From contig NZ_OW441264.1 in NCBI RefSeq assembly GCF_936981045.1, positions 780,001 to 812,000 on the forward strand: a stretch of DNA of 32,000 nt, given 5' to 3'. The position numbers were made by a program, and so were the translations under genes. The notes under the pieces are model-generated. The model made no database searches. It had not been told where the DNA came from and saw only the letters and a program-made list of their open reading frames with translations. The DNA comes from Candidatus Saccharimonadota bacterium. Its GTDB lineage: Bacteria > Bacteroidota > Bacteroidia > Cytophagales > Amoebophilaceae. Positions 18,955 through 27,936 of this stretch are shown piece by piece (within the stretch, counting starts at the first letter, position 1; each line of letters begins with the position of its first letter).

Positions 18955-21054
18955 TCACTTGCCTGCCTTATCATGATACTCTTGTCTGATTTCATCAAGA
19001 GTTGGATAATGAGCCTCCGTCAGCCCTTTCAGATAAGGGAAACGAGCTACATAATCCACTACCTGACCAGCAGGCACCTCAATGACAGGAGCCACATCCG
19101 CTGTAAGAATACCTTTCAGTGCTAAGCAATCCTGTTTCATAGCTTCACGAACATCATCAATGTTAAAGCTTCCAGTTGTACTACCTCTATTAATCATTTC
19201 ATAAGTAACAGCAGCCCTGCGATGCTTTTGCCTTAATTTTTCATCAAAATCTAAAATAGCCTGTCTAATTTGCTTACTTATAGTAGTAAAAACATACTTA
19301 CTCGACTCAAGCTTCACAATTGCACGGTCTGCTTGCACGCTAATTTCATTCTTCAAACTGGCTATAAGAGCCTTGGCCGAATCATTGTCCATATTAGTGA
19401 TCATGCTTGGACTATTTATGAGCGAAGCAGCAAGCTCAATACACACCCTTTGATCAAAGGTCAAATCTGAAACTTTTCCAATGTTGGGGTTATTTTTCAG
19501 GTTCGCCAACGTTTGAATTTTTTGCCTCAATTCTTCCCCTGTTCCACTAACATTCTGGCCAGATGAGAACGTGCTCAAAATATTCTTAAATAATTTAGCA
19601 GATTCACTACCTGTACCTACTGTTCCTGGAACAGTAGAAGATGTTCCTGCTGCAGCAGAGACGTTATCAGAACTACCACCATTTGCTGGATTTGTCTCAT
19701 TCATACCTTGCATGAGCTTACTTTCAAGTACATTAGTATCAGGAATAACAAACAACCCTTTTAGCTCCTCACTCGACCCTAAATGACGACCCAAATATTG
19801 AGCAAACTCCTCATCACTTTTATTAGCTTCCTTTACCCAATTCATATATTTTTCATTGTTTGCAGTAAGCTTAACAAAATCATCCCCTTCAGAAGAAGGT
19901 TCGACGGTTAAAAAATCATTAGCTGCTCTCCCCCTAAAAAGAGTAAACAAAAGTTGACCAAATGTTAGGTCTCTTTGTGTAGAAGCGTTTTGATTAGGAG
20001 TATCACCCTGGGTGATTCGAACCAAGCAATTAGCAGCTTCAATATCATTTACACCACCCACCTTAGAAAAGTCGAACCTATGGGTCATCGTGTCAGCATC
20101 ATAACTTAGGTGATTATCAATATTCCCAATACCAGGCATATGATCATTCCGCTCACCCCCTTCTACCTTCCAACTAACTGATATACCAGTCCCTTTTTTG
20201 GTTAAAACATTATTGATTCTAACATCCGTTGGATCCAGGTTAGGCAACGGGTTTTGCTTATACTTAAACCAAACTCTATTAAACATGCGATCATTCAGTA
20301 ATGATTGCAGACCGTAAGATGAACCGCCTTTACTTTTATCAATCAAGAACCTAGCTAGTCGAGGTCCGTTGAGCATTTGATACCCCCCTGTATCTAGAAA
20401 TTGATAAGAAGAGGTAAACTTTGAGTCTGAACCATTGACTTTTTCCAATAACGCATCCACTTTTTTTGTTAAACTATCTGATTTAGCCTGTGGCGTACCG
20501 TTATCAATTTGCTTCATCATTTCTCCATAAATATCATGAAGTTCCTTCCAAAATTCAGCTATTGCTTTCATAGCCGCACCATAGGCATAAGTGTAAGGAA
20601 TATAAGACTTCCTCTTAACAATGTGACTCAGACTAGAAAAACATCCCTTCAAGCTTTTAGGATAAGCTTCTGCACATGTAGACCCATCATAAAAGCTAGA
20701 GATCAGGGCTCTAACCCTGTCTTCTAGCTTAGCCTTACCACCCTTGTCTCCCTTCAACTCATCTAGGTTCACAATTAGAGGTTTTACTTTAGCTGCTAAG
20801 TGGTCTATAGCTGAACAACTTGCAAGAGCTCTTTTGAACTTTCGAACAGCTGCTGTAAGATCCGAGCTGAGCTTCTGGTTGGCCTTACCCCCCTCTGCAT
20901 TTTCTTGCTTATGATCAGAAAAAATAGCATTATCAGTCCCAGTATCACTACCATTATTCTTATTCTTGTCATCTTTGCAACCACCAAATAATACGCCGGC
21001 CAAGAGCAGACTGGACAAAGAAGGAATTTTATCTCCAATTTTTTTATACACCAT
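18955..21054 (-). CDS. Orphan 699-aa predicted lipoprotein, function unknown
   Basis: Long uninterrupted ORF. The N-terminus MVYKKIGDKIPSLSSLLLAGVLFGG-C26 is a signal peptide with a lipobox-like LFGGC, followed by a polar low-complexity stretch (KDDKNKNNGSDTGTDN). A second Gly/Ser/Thr-rich linker (NPANGGSSDNVSAAAGTSSTVPGTVGTGSES) separates a large N-terminal part from a C-terminal region of about 200 aa. No family recognised. Confidence 0.8.
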   Translation of the reverse strand: MVYKKIGDKIPSLSSLLLAGVLFGGCKDDKNKNNGSDTGTDNAIFSDHKQENAEGGKANQKLSSDLTAAVRKFKRALASCSAIDHLAAKVKPLIVNLDELKGDKGGKAKLEDRVRALISSFYDGSTCAEAYPKSLKGCFSSLSHIVKRKSYIPYTYAYGAAMKAIAEFWKELHDIYGEMMKQIDNGTPQAKSDSLTKKVDALLEKVNGSDSKFTSSYQFLDTGGYQMLNGPRLARFLIDKSKGGSSYGLQSLLNDRMFNRVWFKYKQNPLPNLDPTDVRINNVLTKKGTGISVSWKVEGGERNDHMPGIGNIDNHLSYDADTMTHRFDFSKVGGVNDIEAANCLVRITQGDTPNQNASTQRDLTFGQLLFTLFRGRAANDFLTVEPSSEGDDFVKLTANNEKYMNWVKEANKSDEEFAQYLGRHLGSSEELKGLFVIPDTNVLESKLMQGMNETNPANGGSSDNVSAAAGTSSTVPGTVGTGSESAKLFKNILSTFSSGQNVSGTGEELRQKIQTLANLKNNPNIGKVSDLTFDQRVCIELAASLINSPSMITNMDNDSAKALIASLKNEISVQADRAIVKLESSKYVFTTISKQIRQAILDFDEKLRQKHRRAAVTYEMINRGSTTGSFNIDDVREAMKQDCLALKGILTADVAPVIEVPAGQVVDYVARFPYLKGLTEAHYPTLDEIRQEYHDKAGK

Positions 21055-21289
21055 TTTTATTCAATTTTATTGATTATGAATTACTTATTAATTTAACTGC
21101 TTTAAGCGCTCAAACACCTAACTATACTATCAATGGGCTTTTACACAAAAATAATATATAACCAAACACCATCCAAATGCACTAACCTAAACTTAGGTTA
21201 TCTGATCCATGCACACATAGGCAGCTTTGTAGAAAGTCCTTAAATTTGCTACAATAATAATATAAAAAAAAACAGCATGCAACTATTTA

Positions 21290-24100
21290 CTACATTTTTT
21301 GCTTTAAATAATGCGCGGTATGGCTGCCATGCTGTTGGACCAACGCCTCTGGTGTGCCGGCAAATACCACTTTACCGCCTTGCTGGCCCCCATCAGGGCC
21401 TAGATCAATAAGCCAATCTGCACTCTTTATCACATCGATATGGTGTTCAATCACAACCACGGTATGTCCCTGATCGATTAGGGCATGGATGGCCTTTAAT
21501 AATTGCGCTACGTCATGCATATGAAGCCCAGTAGTGGGCTCATCAAATATAAATAATATAGATTGATCTGCTAACTCTTTTTCTAAATAATAAGCCAACT
21601 TAAGCCGCTGCCCTTCCCCCCCACTGAATGAACTGGAAGATTGCCCCAATTGTATATACCCCAAACCGACCTTTTGTAAAACTTTTAACTTATGGGCAAT
21701 GGAAGGATGATCGGCAAAAAACACTAATGCCTCCTCTACCGTCATGCTGAGTACTTGGGTAATGCTTTTTCCATAATAGGTTATATCAGCTATTTCAGGC
21801 TTAAAACGACTCCCCTTACAGCGCTCACAGGGTAGGTAAATATCTGCCATAAATTGCATTTCTATCTTCTGCTGACCTTCACCGCGACAAGTGGGGCATT
21901 GCCCTTTTTCGGAATTAAAAGAAAAATGACCTGCTTGATAGTGGCGGGAACGGGCCAGATTGGTTTGGGCAAAAAGGTCTCGAATAAGATCATAAATAGC
22001 TAAATAGGTGGCTGGATTGGAACGGGAAGATTTCCCCAATGGATGCTGGTGGACCAACTCTACTGCTTGAATACAACCTAAATCACCACCCAATAGCGTA
22101 GAAGTAGTGGGGGACAACCCCAAAATCCCTAAGGGTTTGGTCAGGTGTTGTACCAAAGCAGGATAGAAAACTTCTTTGATCAAAGTGGATTTGCCTGATC
22201 CACTCACGCCTGTGACTACGGTAAATACATTGAGGGGAATGGTGACGGTAACCTGCTGCAGGTTATGGAGACTAGCCTCTTTGATAAGCAAATGCTTGCG
22301 CCAAGAACGTCTGTACCTAGGTAGGGGAATAGAAGCGCCGCCATTAAGGTATTGTGCGGTATGGGTGGTAGATTGCATCAATGCTTGAAAGGTTCCTTGA
22401 AACACCAATGTGCCCCCACCAGCGCCTGCTTCAGGGCCTATCTCAATAAGCGCATCGGCCACACGCATCACCAACTCCTCATGCTCTACGACAATAACCG
22501 TATTGCCTTGACTTTTTAAATCTAAAAGTAACTGCACCAACTGATCGGTATCACGGGGATGGAGCCCAATGGTGGGTTCATCTAAAATATAAATGGTGCC
22601 AAAAAGGGGACTTCCTACTGCCGCAGCCAATTTAACCCGTTGATGCTCGCCGCCAGATAGGGTGGCTACAGGCCTACTAAGGGTTAAATAGCCTAATCCA
22701 ACCTGGGCTAAATAACAAAGGCTGTTTTTAATTTCTACTACCACGCTTTGGGCAATAGCGGCCTGACGCGCTGTAAGAGATAACTGATCAAAAAAAGAAA
22801 TTAAGTCGTGAATGGGCATCAATAATAGATCGATTATGGAATGGTTATCGATTTTAACATAGTGGGCATCTGGACGCACACGGCTACCCTGACAAGCAGG
22901 GCATATGGTTTTGCCCCGGTAACGGGATAGCAACACCCGATACTGTATTTTATCGGTTTGGCTAGCACAAAAATCAAAAAATCGATCAATACCTATAAAA
23001 TCGCCACTGCCACACCATAAAAGTTTTTGTTGATCGGGGGTTAAGCTGCTATAGGGGGTGTAAATGGGAAAATGGAGCGCTGCATGTGCGGCCAAAAGGG
23101 GAGCCAACCACTTACACATAGTGGGCCCATTCCAGGGGGCTATCGCTCCTTCTACTAGGGAAAGGGCGGGGTTGGGTATAACCTTACGGGGGTCTATGCC
23201 CACCAACTGCCCTAGGCCTGAACAGGCTTTACAAGCCCCATGGGGGGTATTAAAACTAAAAAAGGAAACGGTAGGTAAGGCAAATGAAATGCCATCTAGT
23301 TCAAAGCGATCTGAAAAAGATCGCTGGCCTAACCCAACCAATTCTATTACAGCATGGCCCATCCCTTCAAAAAAGGCTACTTGAACAGAATCTGCTATTC
23401 TATATTGGTTGTCCTGGTTCTCTTTTTTAACTATAATTCGGTCTACTAACCCATACATGGGCTGATCTAGTGACAATAGGGCCTTGCCTGCTAACAGGTC
23501 TTCTATAAAGAAAAGAAGGTTCCCCTGCATAACTCTGGTAAACCCTTTGCCCTGCTCGACTTTTAACTTCTGCATTAACGCGGCTTGATTGGTCACTACC
23601 ATAGGGTAAAGGATCAATACCTTAGTGCCATCCGGCTGCTGTTGAATGTAATCCACCACATCAGCAACGCTATCTTTTTTGACTTCTTGACCACTTATAG
23701 GCGAGTAGGTTGTACCGATACGGGCATAGAGTAGATAGAGATAGTCACAAAGCTCTGTAAGCGTACCTACTGTGGAACGGGGATTTTTATTGGCAACATT
23801 TTGCTGAATGGCAATAGCTGGAGAAAGGCCTTGAATGGTATCAACCGCAGGCTTTTCCATTTTACCTAGAAACTGCCGCGCATAGGCGCTGAGGCTCTCT
23901 ATATACATGCGCTGGGCTTCTACAAAAAGGGTATCTAAAATCAAAGAGGATTTTCCAGAACCAGATAACCCCGTCACTACTACCAATTGGTTACGTGGAA
24001 TCGCTACATTTATATTTTTAAGGTTATGCATTTTAGCACCCCTTATAATAATAAAATCTTTTGGACTGAGGTTATCTAAGCCTAACACATGGAAATGCAT
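21290..24100 (-). CDS. uvrA: Excinuclease ABC subunit A
   Basis: 936 aa. Two ABC ATPase modules (Walker [10 protein letters not shown] and [10 protein letters not shown]; signature [12 protein letters not shown] and [12 protein letters not shown]) plus CxxC zinc modules ([20 protein letters not shown]...CERCKG). Confidence 0.97.
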   Translation of the reverse strand: MHFHVLGLDNLSPKDFIIIRGAKMHNLKNINVAIPRNQLVVVTGLSGSGKSSLILDTLFVEAQRMYIESLSAYARQFLGKMEKPAVDTIQGLSPAIAIQQNVANKNPRSTVGTLTELCDYLYLLYARIGTTYSPISGQEVKKDSVADVVDYIQQQPDGTKVLILYPMVVTNQAALMQKLKVEQGKGFTRVMQGNLLFFIEDLLAGKALLSLDQPMYGLVDRIIVKKENQDNQYRIADSVQVAFFEGMGHAVIELVGLGQRSFSDRFELDGISFALPTVSFFSFNTPHGACKACSGLGQLVGIDPRKVIPNPALSLVEGAIAPWNGPTMCKWLAPLLAAHAALHFPIYTPYSSLTPDQQKLLWCGSGDFIGIDRFFDFCASQTDKIQYRVLLSRYRGKTICPACQGSRVRPDAHYVKIDNHSIIDLLLMPIHDLISFFDQLSLTARQAAIAQSVVVEIKNSLCYLAQVGLGYLTLSRPVATLSGGEHQRVKLAAAVGSPLFGTIYILDEPTIGLHPRDTDQLVQLLLDLKSQGNTVIVVEHEELVMRVADALIEIGPEAGAGGGTLVFQGTFQALMQSTTHTAQYLNGGASIPLPRYRRSWRKHLLIKEASLHNLQQVTVTIPLNVFTVVTGVSGSGKSTLIKEVFYPALVQHLTKPLGILGLSPTTSTLLGGDLGCIQAVELVHQHPLGKSSRSNPATYLAIYDLIRDLFAQTNLARSRHYQAGHFSFNSEKGQCPTCRGEGQQKIEMQFMADIYLPCERCKGSRFKPEIADITYYGKSITQVLSMTVEEALVFFADHPSIAHKLKVLQKVGLGYIQLGQSSSSFSGGEGQRLKLAYYLEKELADQSILFIFDEPTTGLHMHDVAQLLKAIHALIDQGHTVVVIEHHIDVIKSADWLIDLGPDGGQQGGKVVFAGTPEALVQQHGSHTAHYLKQKM

Positions 24101-24277
24101 GAATTGTATACCGTACTATTTTTTTAGCGCATCCCTTATTTACATCAAAAGCTTCTCTGTAAGGGTAGGGGTCTGTGCAGCAGATTTTTCTTCCGATTTT
24201 TTCAATTTATGAATGATCCCTATCAAAACAAAGGCAACCAAATCAATAACCAAAAGTTTAAAACGGCTGCAACAAAA

Positions 24278-25101
24278 GGTTCTGTCGCGTTTATTCTAAA
24301 AAATCATTATTTTAGCATCTGCAGTTAAAAAAGTAGTTATTATGTTTAATATTTCGCTCAAATTATTACCTTATTTTAAAGGCTATTGTTCTTCAGCAGA
24401 AGTCATCCTGTTATTTGTCTAGATGAAGTGTCGTTTTTCCTTGAGCTATAGAGATTTGGAAGAGATGATGCGTATGAGAGGCGCAAGAGTTGATCGTTCT
24501 ACGCTACAAAGATGGGTTATTAAGTTTGTTCCTCTTATAGATGAAGCAGTAAGCAAAAGAAAACGACCAGTTGGTGGTAGTTGGAGAATCGATGAGACCT
24601 ATATTAAACTAAACGGGAAGTGGATCTATTTATATAGAACAGTAGATCGTTATGGTGATACAGTTAACTTTTTTCTATCTGAGCATAGAGACAAGTCTGC
24701 AACTTTTTCTTTTTTTCGTAAGGCGATCACAGAAAATAATATTCTTAAGAAAGTAGTAATTGACAAAAGCGGTAGTAATAAAGCTGCCTTTGATACGATC
24801 AATACAGAACTTGATCAAGATCATACCATTCAAATATTTCAAAACAAATACTTGAATAATAGAGTTGAACAAGATCATAGGTTTATCAAAAAACGGCTAA
24901 AACCTATGCTTAGTTTTAAGTGTTTTAAGTCTGCAGCCATTGCACGCCGGCACAGGTGTGCAACAAATGGGGTGTAAGTCCCCTGACTCTAATTTGTCTA
25001 TTTCGGGAGTCTAGCAGGAGGTTGGATTTGTGGGGTGATTCACAGGTTTAAGTTACCTTTAAATGCATCTGCAAAATAGCGGGCTGCAACAAAAGTGAAC
25101 C
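24278..25101 (+). mobile_element. IS6-family element copy B (~824 bp), full length but with a defective transposase gene
   Basis: The left end GGTTCTGTCGCGTTTATTC resembles the IS6-family IR consensus (GGTTCTGTTGCAAAGTT type). The size fits the 0.8-kb family norm. The putative right end reads GGTTCACTTTTGTTGCAGCC in reverse complement at 25082-25101, a poor match to the left IR. No 8-bp target duplication (flanks CAACAAAA vs TAAATTAG). Confidence 0.75.
24342..24977 (+). pseudogene. IS6-family DDE transposase with an in-frame TAG (24420-24422) and an aberrant C-terminus
   Basis: ATG 24342 opens MFNISLKLLPYFKGYCSSAEVILLFV-stop-MKCRFSLSYRDLEEMM..., colinear with IS26-type N-termini (PFKGRHF..IILWAVRWY..ISYRDLQEM). 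The body has the SWRIDETYIKLNGKWIYLYRTVD and VEQDHRFIKKR blocks. It ends after FKCFKSAAI without the expected ..MI.KGQ.. tail. Confidence 0.8.
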
Positions 25102-25320
25102 TAAATTAGCCTCGTTAAGCCGTTTAAGCGCATTTGCCGACTATCTAGTGGCTACAGGAAGGCTGATAGTAGGATGGAAAAAATAGACCATGACCATCAT
25201 ACAAGTGCCGGGGTGTTAGGGGTTGCACGCTATGAATGTTTCACATCGTAGTCCGGGAGATCTGATATGAATCCAGTAGGCCACTGGAAACTTTATTGTA
25301 TAAGTAAAGCGAAATCAATA
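25102..25320 (+). pseudogene. Remnant of the N-terminal region of a group-II-intron-type RT
   Basis: One frame reads LVKPFKRICRLSSGYRKADSRMEKIDHDHHTSAGVLGVARYECFTS-stop. It resembles the IEP N-terminal pattern ..A-F-K-R-V..NKGaaGVDGVt.e.F. The first 72 bp (25102-25173) are repeated in inverted orientation at 14729-14800, next to the other RT remnant. Confidence 0.45.
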
Positions 25321-25562
25321 AACGTGAGTTTGGGATTATATTATTTTTTCATTTGATAATCAATATCAATGAAAATTTATAAAATTTGTTTTATAGACAG
25401 TTAAATAGATAGTTGAATAACAAATAATTCTGATAATCAGTTTATTATATATATTATATTTATAAAATTAGATATAAAAACTTGTTAAATAGGTGCAAAT
25501 ATTAACTAAATAATTGATATTAAATTGTTGTAAATCAGTCACATAAATCCCGAACTCACGTT
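25321..25562 (+). mobile_element. MITE copy 3
   Basis: AACGTGAGTTTGGGATTATATTATTTTTTCATTTG...AATCCCGAACTCACGTT. Same orientation as copy 4. The following 38 bp (25563-25600) match, in reverse complement, the RT sequence flanking copy 1 (about 14105-14140). Confidence 0.85.
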
Positions 25563-25600
25563 TATTAATAACCGATTTCTCAGATACTTAACCCATAGAA

Positions 25601-26590
25601 ACCTCAGTTCGGGATTAGCTTGTTAAAAAATAGCTTTAAAAAGCTCCTTTGTGTTTTAAATTTGGAGATAAAAAAATACTAACCAGATTATCCAAAGGAG
25701 CCAGTTATGAATGTAGAAAAGTTAGTTGAAATATATTATGCTGTTAATGAATTTCTCATAAAGTTTATGCCGTACATGGAAAAACAACTGTTAACCAACT
25801 CTAAAAGAAAACCCACTAGAACTTGTTCATTAACTTTGAGTGAAATAATGACTGTTCTTATTGCCTTTCATGTGATTGGTTTTAGAAATTTTAAGTCTTA
25901 TTATATTCATTTACAGCAATTTCATTCTAGTAAATTTGGAAAGTTAGTGAGCTACAATAGATTTATAGAACTGATCCAAAGAACGTTAGTTCCCTTGTAC
26001 TGTTTTACACAAAGTCTTTCTAAAACAAAAACAGGTTGTTATTTTATGGATGCAACAGCCATCAAGGTTTGCCATGTCAAAAGAGCCTATACGCACAGGG
26101 TTTTTAAATCGATTGCTACTAAAGGTAAAACCAGCACCGGTTGGTTTTTTGGATTAAAGTTGCACTTGATAGTCAATGATTTAGGAGAAATTATGAATTT
26201 TCAACTGACCACAGGTAAAACTAATGATAGGCTTCCTGTAGAAAATTTATGTAAACACTTCATGGGTAAAATGTTTGCCGATAAAGGTTACATAAGCAAA
26301 GATTTATTTGAAAAACTGATCGAAAAAGGCGCGGAACTCATTACCCAAATCAGAAAAAATATGAAAAATGCTTTTATGCCACTCTGGGATAAACTGATGC
26401 TTAGAAAACGATCTATAATTGAAACTATTATAGATCAGCTCAAAAATATTAGCCAGATAGAACATTCCAGGCATAGAAGCATACCTAATTTTCTAGTCAA
26501 TTTGATAGCTGGAATTACAGCTTATGCACTAAAAGAGAAAAAACCTTCTATAACTAATATATATATGACTGGTTCACAATACGTCTAATC
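25601..26590 (+). mobile_element. IS982-family element; left IR intact, right IR truncated by the adjacent IS256-family element
   Basis: Starts ACCTCAGTTCGGGATTAGC exactly where homology to the RT locus ends. IS982-family ends begin with AC. At the right side only CTAATC of the expected ...CTAATCCCGAACTGAGGT remains before the IS256 IR begins at 26591. Confidence 0.75.
25707..26588 (+). CDS. IS982-family DDE transposase, apparently intact ORF
   Basis: 293 aa, the typical length. IS982-like sequence (MDATAIKVCH..., GWFFGLKLHLIVNDLGEIMNFQLTTGKTNDR, FADKGYISKDLFE, IETIIDQLKNISQIEHSRHRS). The stop codon lies inside the right IR, as is usual for the family. Confidence 0.85.
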   Translation: MNVEKLVEIYYAVNEFLIKFMPYMEKQLLTNSKRKPTRTCSLTLSEIMTVLIAFHVIGFRNFKSYYIHLQQFHSSKFGKLVSYNRFIELIQRTLVPLYCFTQSLSKTKTGCYFMDATAIKVCHVKRAYTHRVFKSIATKGKTSTGWFFGLKLHLIVNDLGEIMNFQLTTGKTNDRLPVENLCKHFMGKMFADKGYISKDLFEKLIEKGAELITQIRKNMKNAFMPLWDKLMLRKRSIIETIIDQLKNISQIEHSRHRSIPNFLVNLIAGITAYALKEKKPSITNIYMTGSQYV

Positions 26591-27936
26591 GGAAGTGTTC
26601 TATAAACTGTGTCAAGGCGATAAAAAGTTATAAATTAATTAAATAAACATTAAAGGTTTTAGACATGGAAGAAAATAAGAACAATTCCTATGTTGGTTTA
26701 GTAGATTACAAATTTCTGTAGGAAAATATTTTGTGCTCTATCCGTTTAGGTAAGCCTTTAACAGGAAAAGGTGGTGCTTTAACGCCTCTGATAAAAAAGC
26801 TTCTAGAGGCAAGTCTAGAAGGTGAAATGGCACACCATTTATCTAGTGATTCAACAGAAAATAATAGAAGAAATGGAAAAAGCTTTAAAACTTTACGTAC
26901 AAGTTCTGGTTCCTTTGATCTGCTAACTCCTAGGGATAGGACAGGTAGTTTCGATCCACAAATAGTTAAAAAGCGTCAAACAAGCCTACATCCTGAGCTG
27001 GAAAGCAAGATCTTAAGCATGTTTTCTAGTGATATGAGCTATAAATCTATAGCCGTTCATGTTGAAGAGATCTATGATCATAAAGTATCAGCTGCTGAAA
27101 TATCATCTATTACAGATAGCTTGTTACCGATAATAAATGAATGGCGTAACCGCCCTCTTCAATCAGTTTATCCGATAGTTTTCATGGATGGGATATTTTT
27201 TAAGGTAAAAGAAGATGGCAGATGTGTAAGCAAATGCATGTATACCTTATTAGGCATAGATCAAGAGGGTAAAAAAGAAGTATTGGGATTTATTTGTCTG
27301 AAAGTGAGTGGGCTAACTTCTGGTTGGGTGTACTTAACGAGCTTAAGGAAAGAGGTGTAGAAGATATCCTTATTGCCTGTGTTGATGGCCTAAAAAGCTT
27401 TCCTTCAGCCATAAATAGCGTTTTCCCTAATGCACAAGTGCAGGTCTGTGTAGTACATCAGATACGAAACTCACTCAAGTATGTAGCTAGCAAAGACGTA
27501 AAACGTTTTTTAACTGATTTAAAGCAAATATATCAAGCTTCAAGTAAGGAAGTTGCTGAGCATTATCTATTGGAATTAGAAGAAAAATGGGGGGGGAAGT
27601 ATCCAATGGTTACCAAATCTTGGCAAAATAATTGGGAACATTTGTCTGGTTATTTTAAGTATTCAGATCCTGTCAGAAGGCTAATTTATACCACCAATCC
27701 TATAGAAAGCTTGCATAGGCAGATTAGGAAGTTTACCAAGACAAAAGGAGCGTTTACCAGTATAAATGCTTTGTATAGATTAGTATATTGTGCCATAAAG
27801 AAGATCGAGGATAAATGGACTATGCCGCTGCGAAACTGGGCGTTGACCATATCTCAGATAGACATCTTTTTTCCCGGTAGATTAAAAGAGACGTTGAGAT
27901 GAACAGGAGATGTGACACAGTTTATAGAACACTTCC
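26591..27936 (+). mobile_element. IS256-family element (copy A) with perfect 24-bp terminal inverted repeats
   Basis: 26591-26614 GGAAGTGTTCTATAAACTGTGTCA is the exact reverse complement of 27913-27936. IS256-like IR motif (..CTGTGTCAA..). No target-site duplication (GTCTAATC vs GTTTTGGT). Confidence 0.85.
26665..27902 (+). pseudogene. IS256-family transposase with an in-frame TAG (26719-26721) and a -1 frame change near 27286-27296
   Basis: ATG 26665 (MEENKNNSYVGLVDYKFL-stop) is in frame with ORF 26731..27360 (..GKPLTGKGGALTPLIKKLLEASLEGEMAHHL..RNGKSFKTLRTSSGSFDLLTPRDRTGSFDPQIVKK..). ORF 27294..27902 continues in the -1 frame (SESEWANFWLGVLNELKERGVEDILIACVDGLKSFPSAINSVFPNAQVQVCVVHQIRN...). 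Family colinearity is restored by reading GGA TTT then TAT TTG TCT. Confidence 0.85.

Noticed and set aside
461-23384. Numerous 60-140-aa ORFs antisense to or nested within rpoC, rpoB, rplL, tuf, the OMP gene, alaS, the lipoprotein gene and uvrA (for example 461..805, 1496..1831, 4673..4951, 7668..7916, 11014..11289, 17102..17533, 20805..21038, 23064..23384)
   Set aside because: Each lies entirely inside a long, well-supported conserved gene on the opposite strand or in another frame. They have low-complexity or odd composition and no recognisable motifs.
24420-24422. In-frame TAG codons in two transposase genes (24420-24422 and 26719-26721) as a sign of stop-codon reassignment or programmed readthrough
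   Set aside because: TAG is used as a genuine stop by conserved genes in the same window: tig ends with TAG at 29694-29696, and rplA also ends with TAG. All housekeeping ORFs are free of internal TAG. The affected genes carry other lesions such as a frameshift or an aberrant C-terminus. Ordinary nonsense mutations in decaying IS copies explain the observations.
24954-25101. The GTGTGCAAC... sequence after the IS6 transposase ORF as the 5' end (GUGYG) of a group II intron inserted in the IS6 gene
   Set aside because: IS6-family elements are about 0.8 kb, and 24278-25101 already fits that size, so this stretch is most simply the degenerate 3' end of the IS. Only about 150 nt separate it from the RT N-terminal remnant, too short for intron domains I-III. 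The IS6 relic C homology overlaps the supposed exon junction rather than abutting it.
27271-27277. AAAAAAG run upstream of the IS256-A frame change as a programmed -1 slippery site
   Set aside because: In the 0 frame the codons are GGT AAA AAA GAA, so the heptamer is not phased as A AAA AAG. Shifting there would give ..KKRSIGIY.., losing the family-conserved ..EVLGF.. residues that are still readable in the 0 frame. The frame change must lie about 15 nt further downstream.
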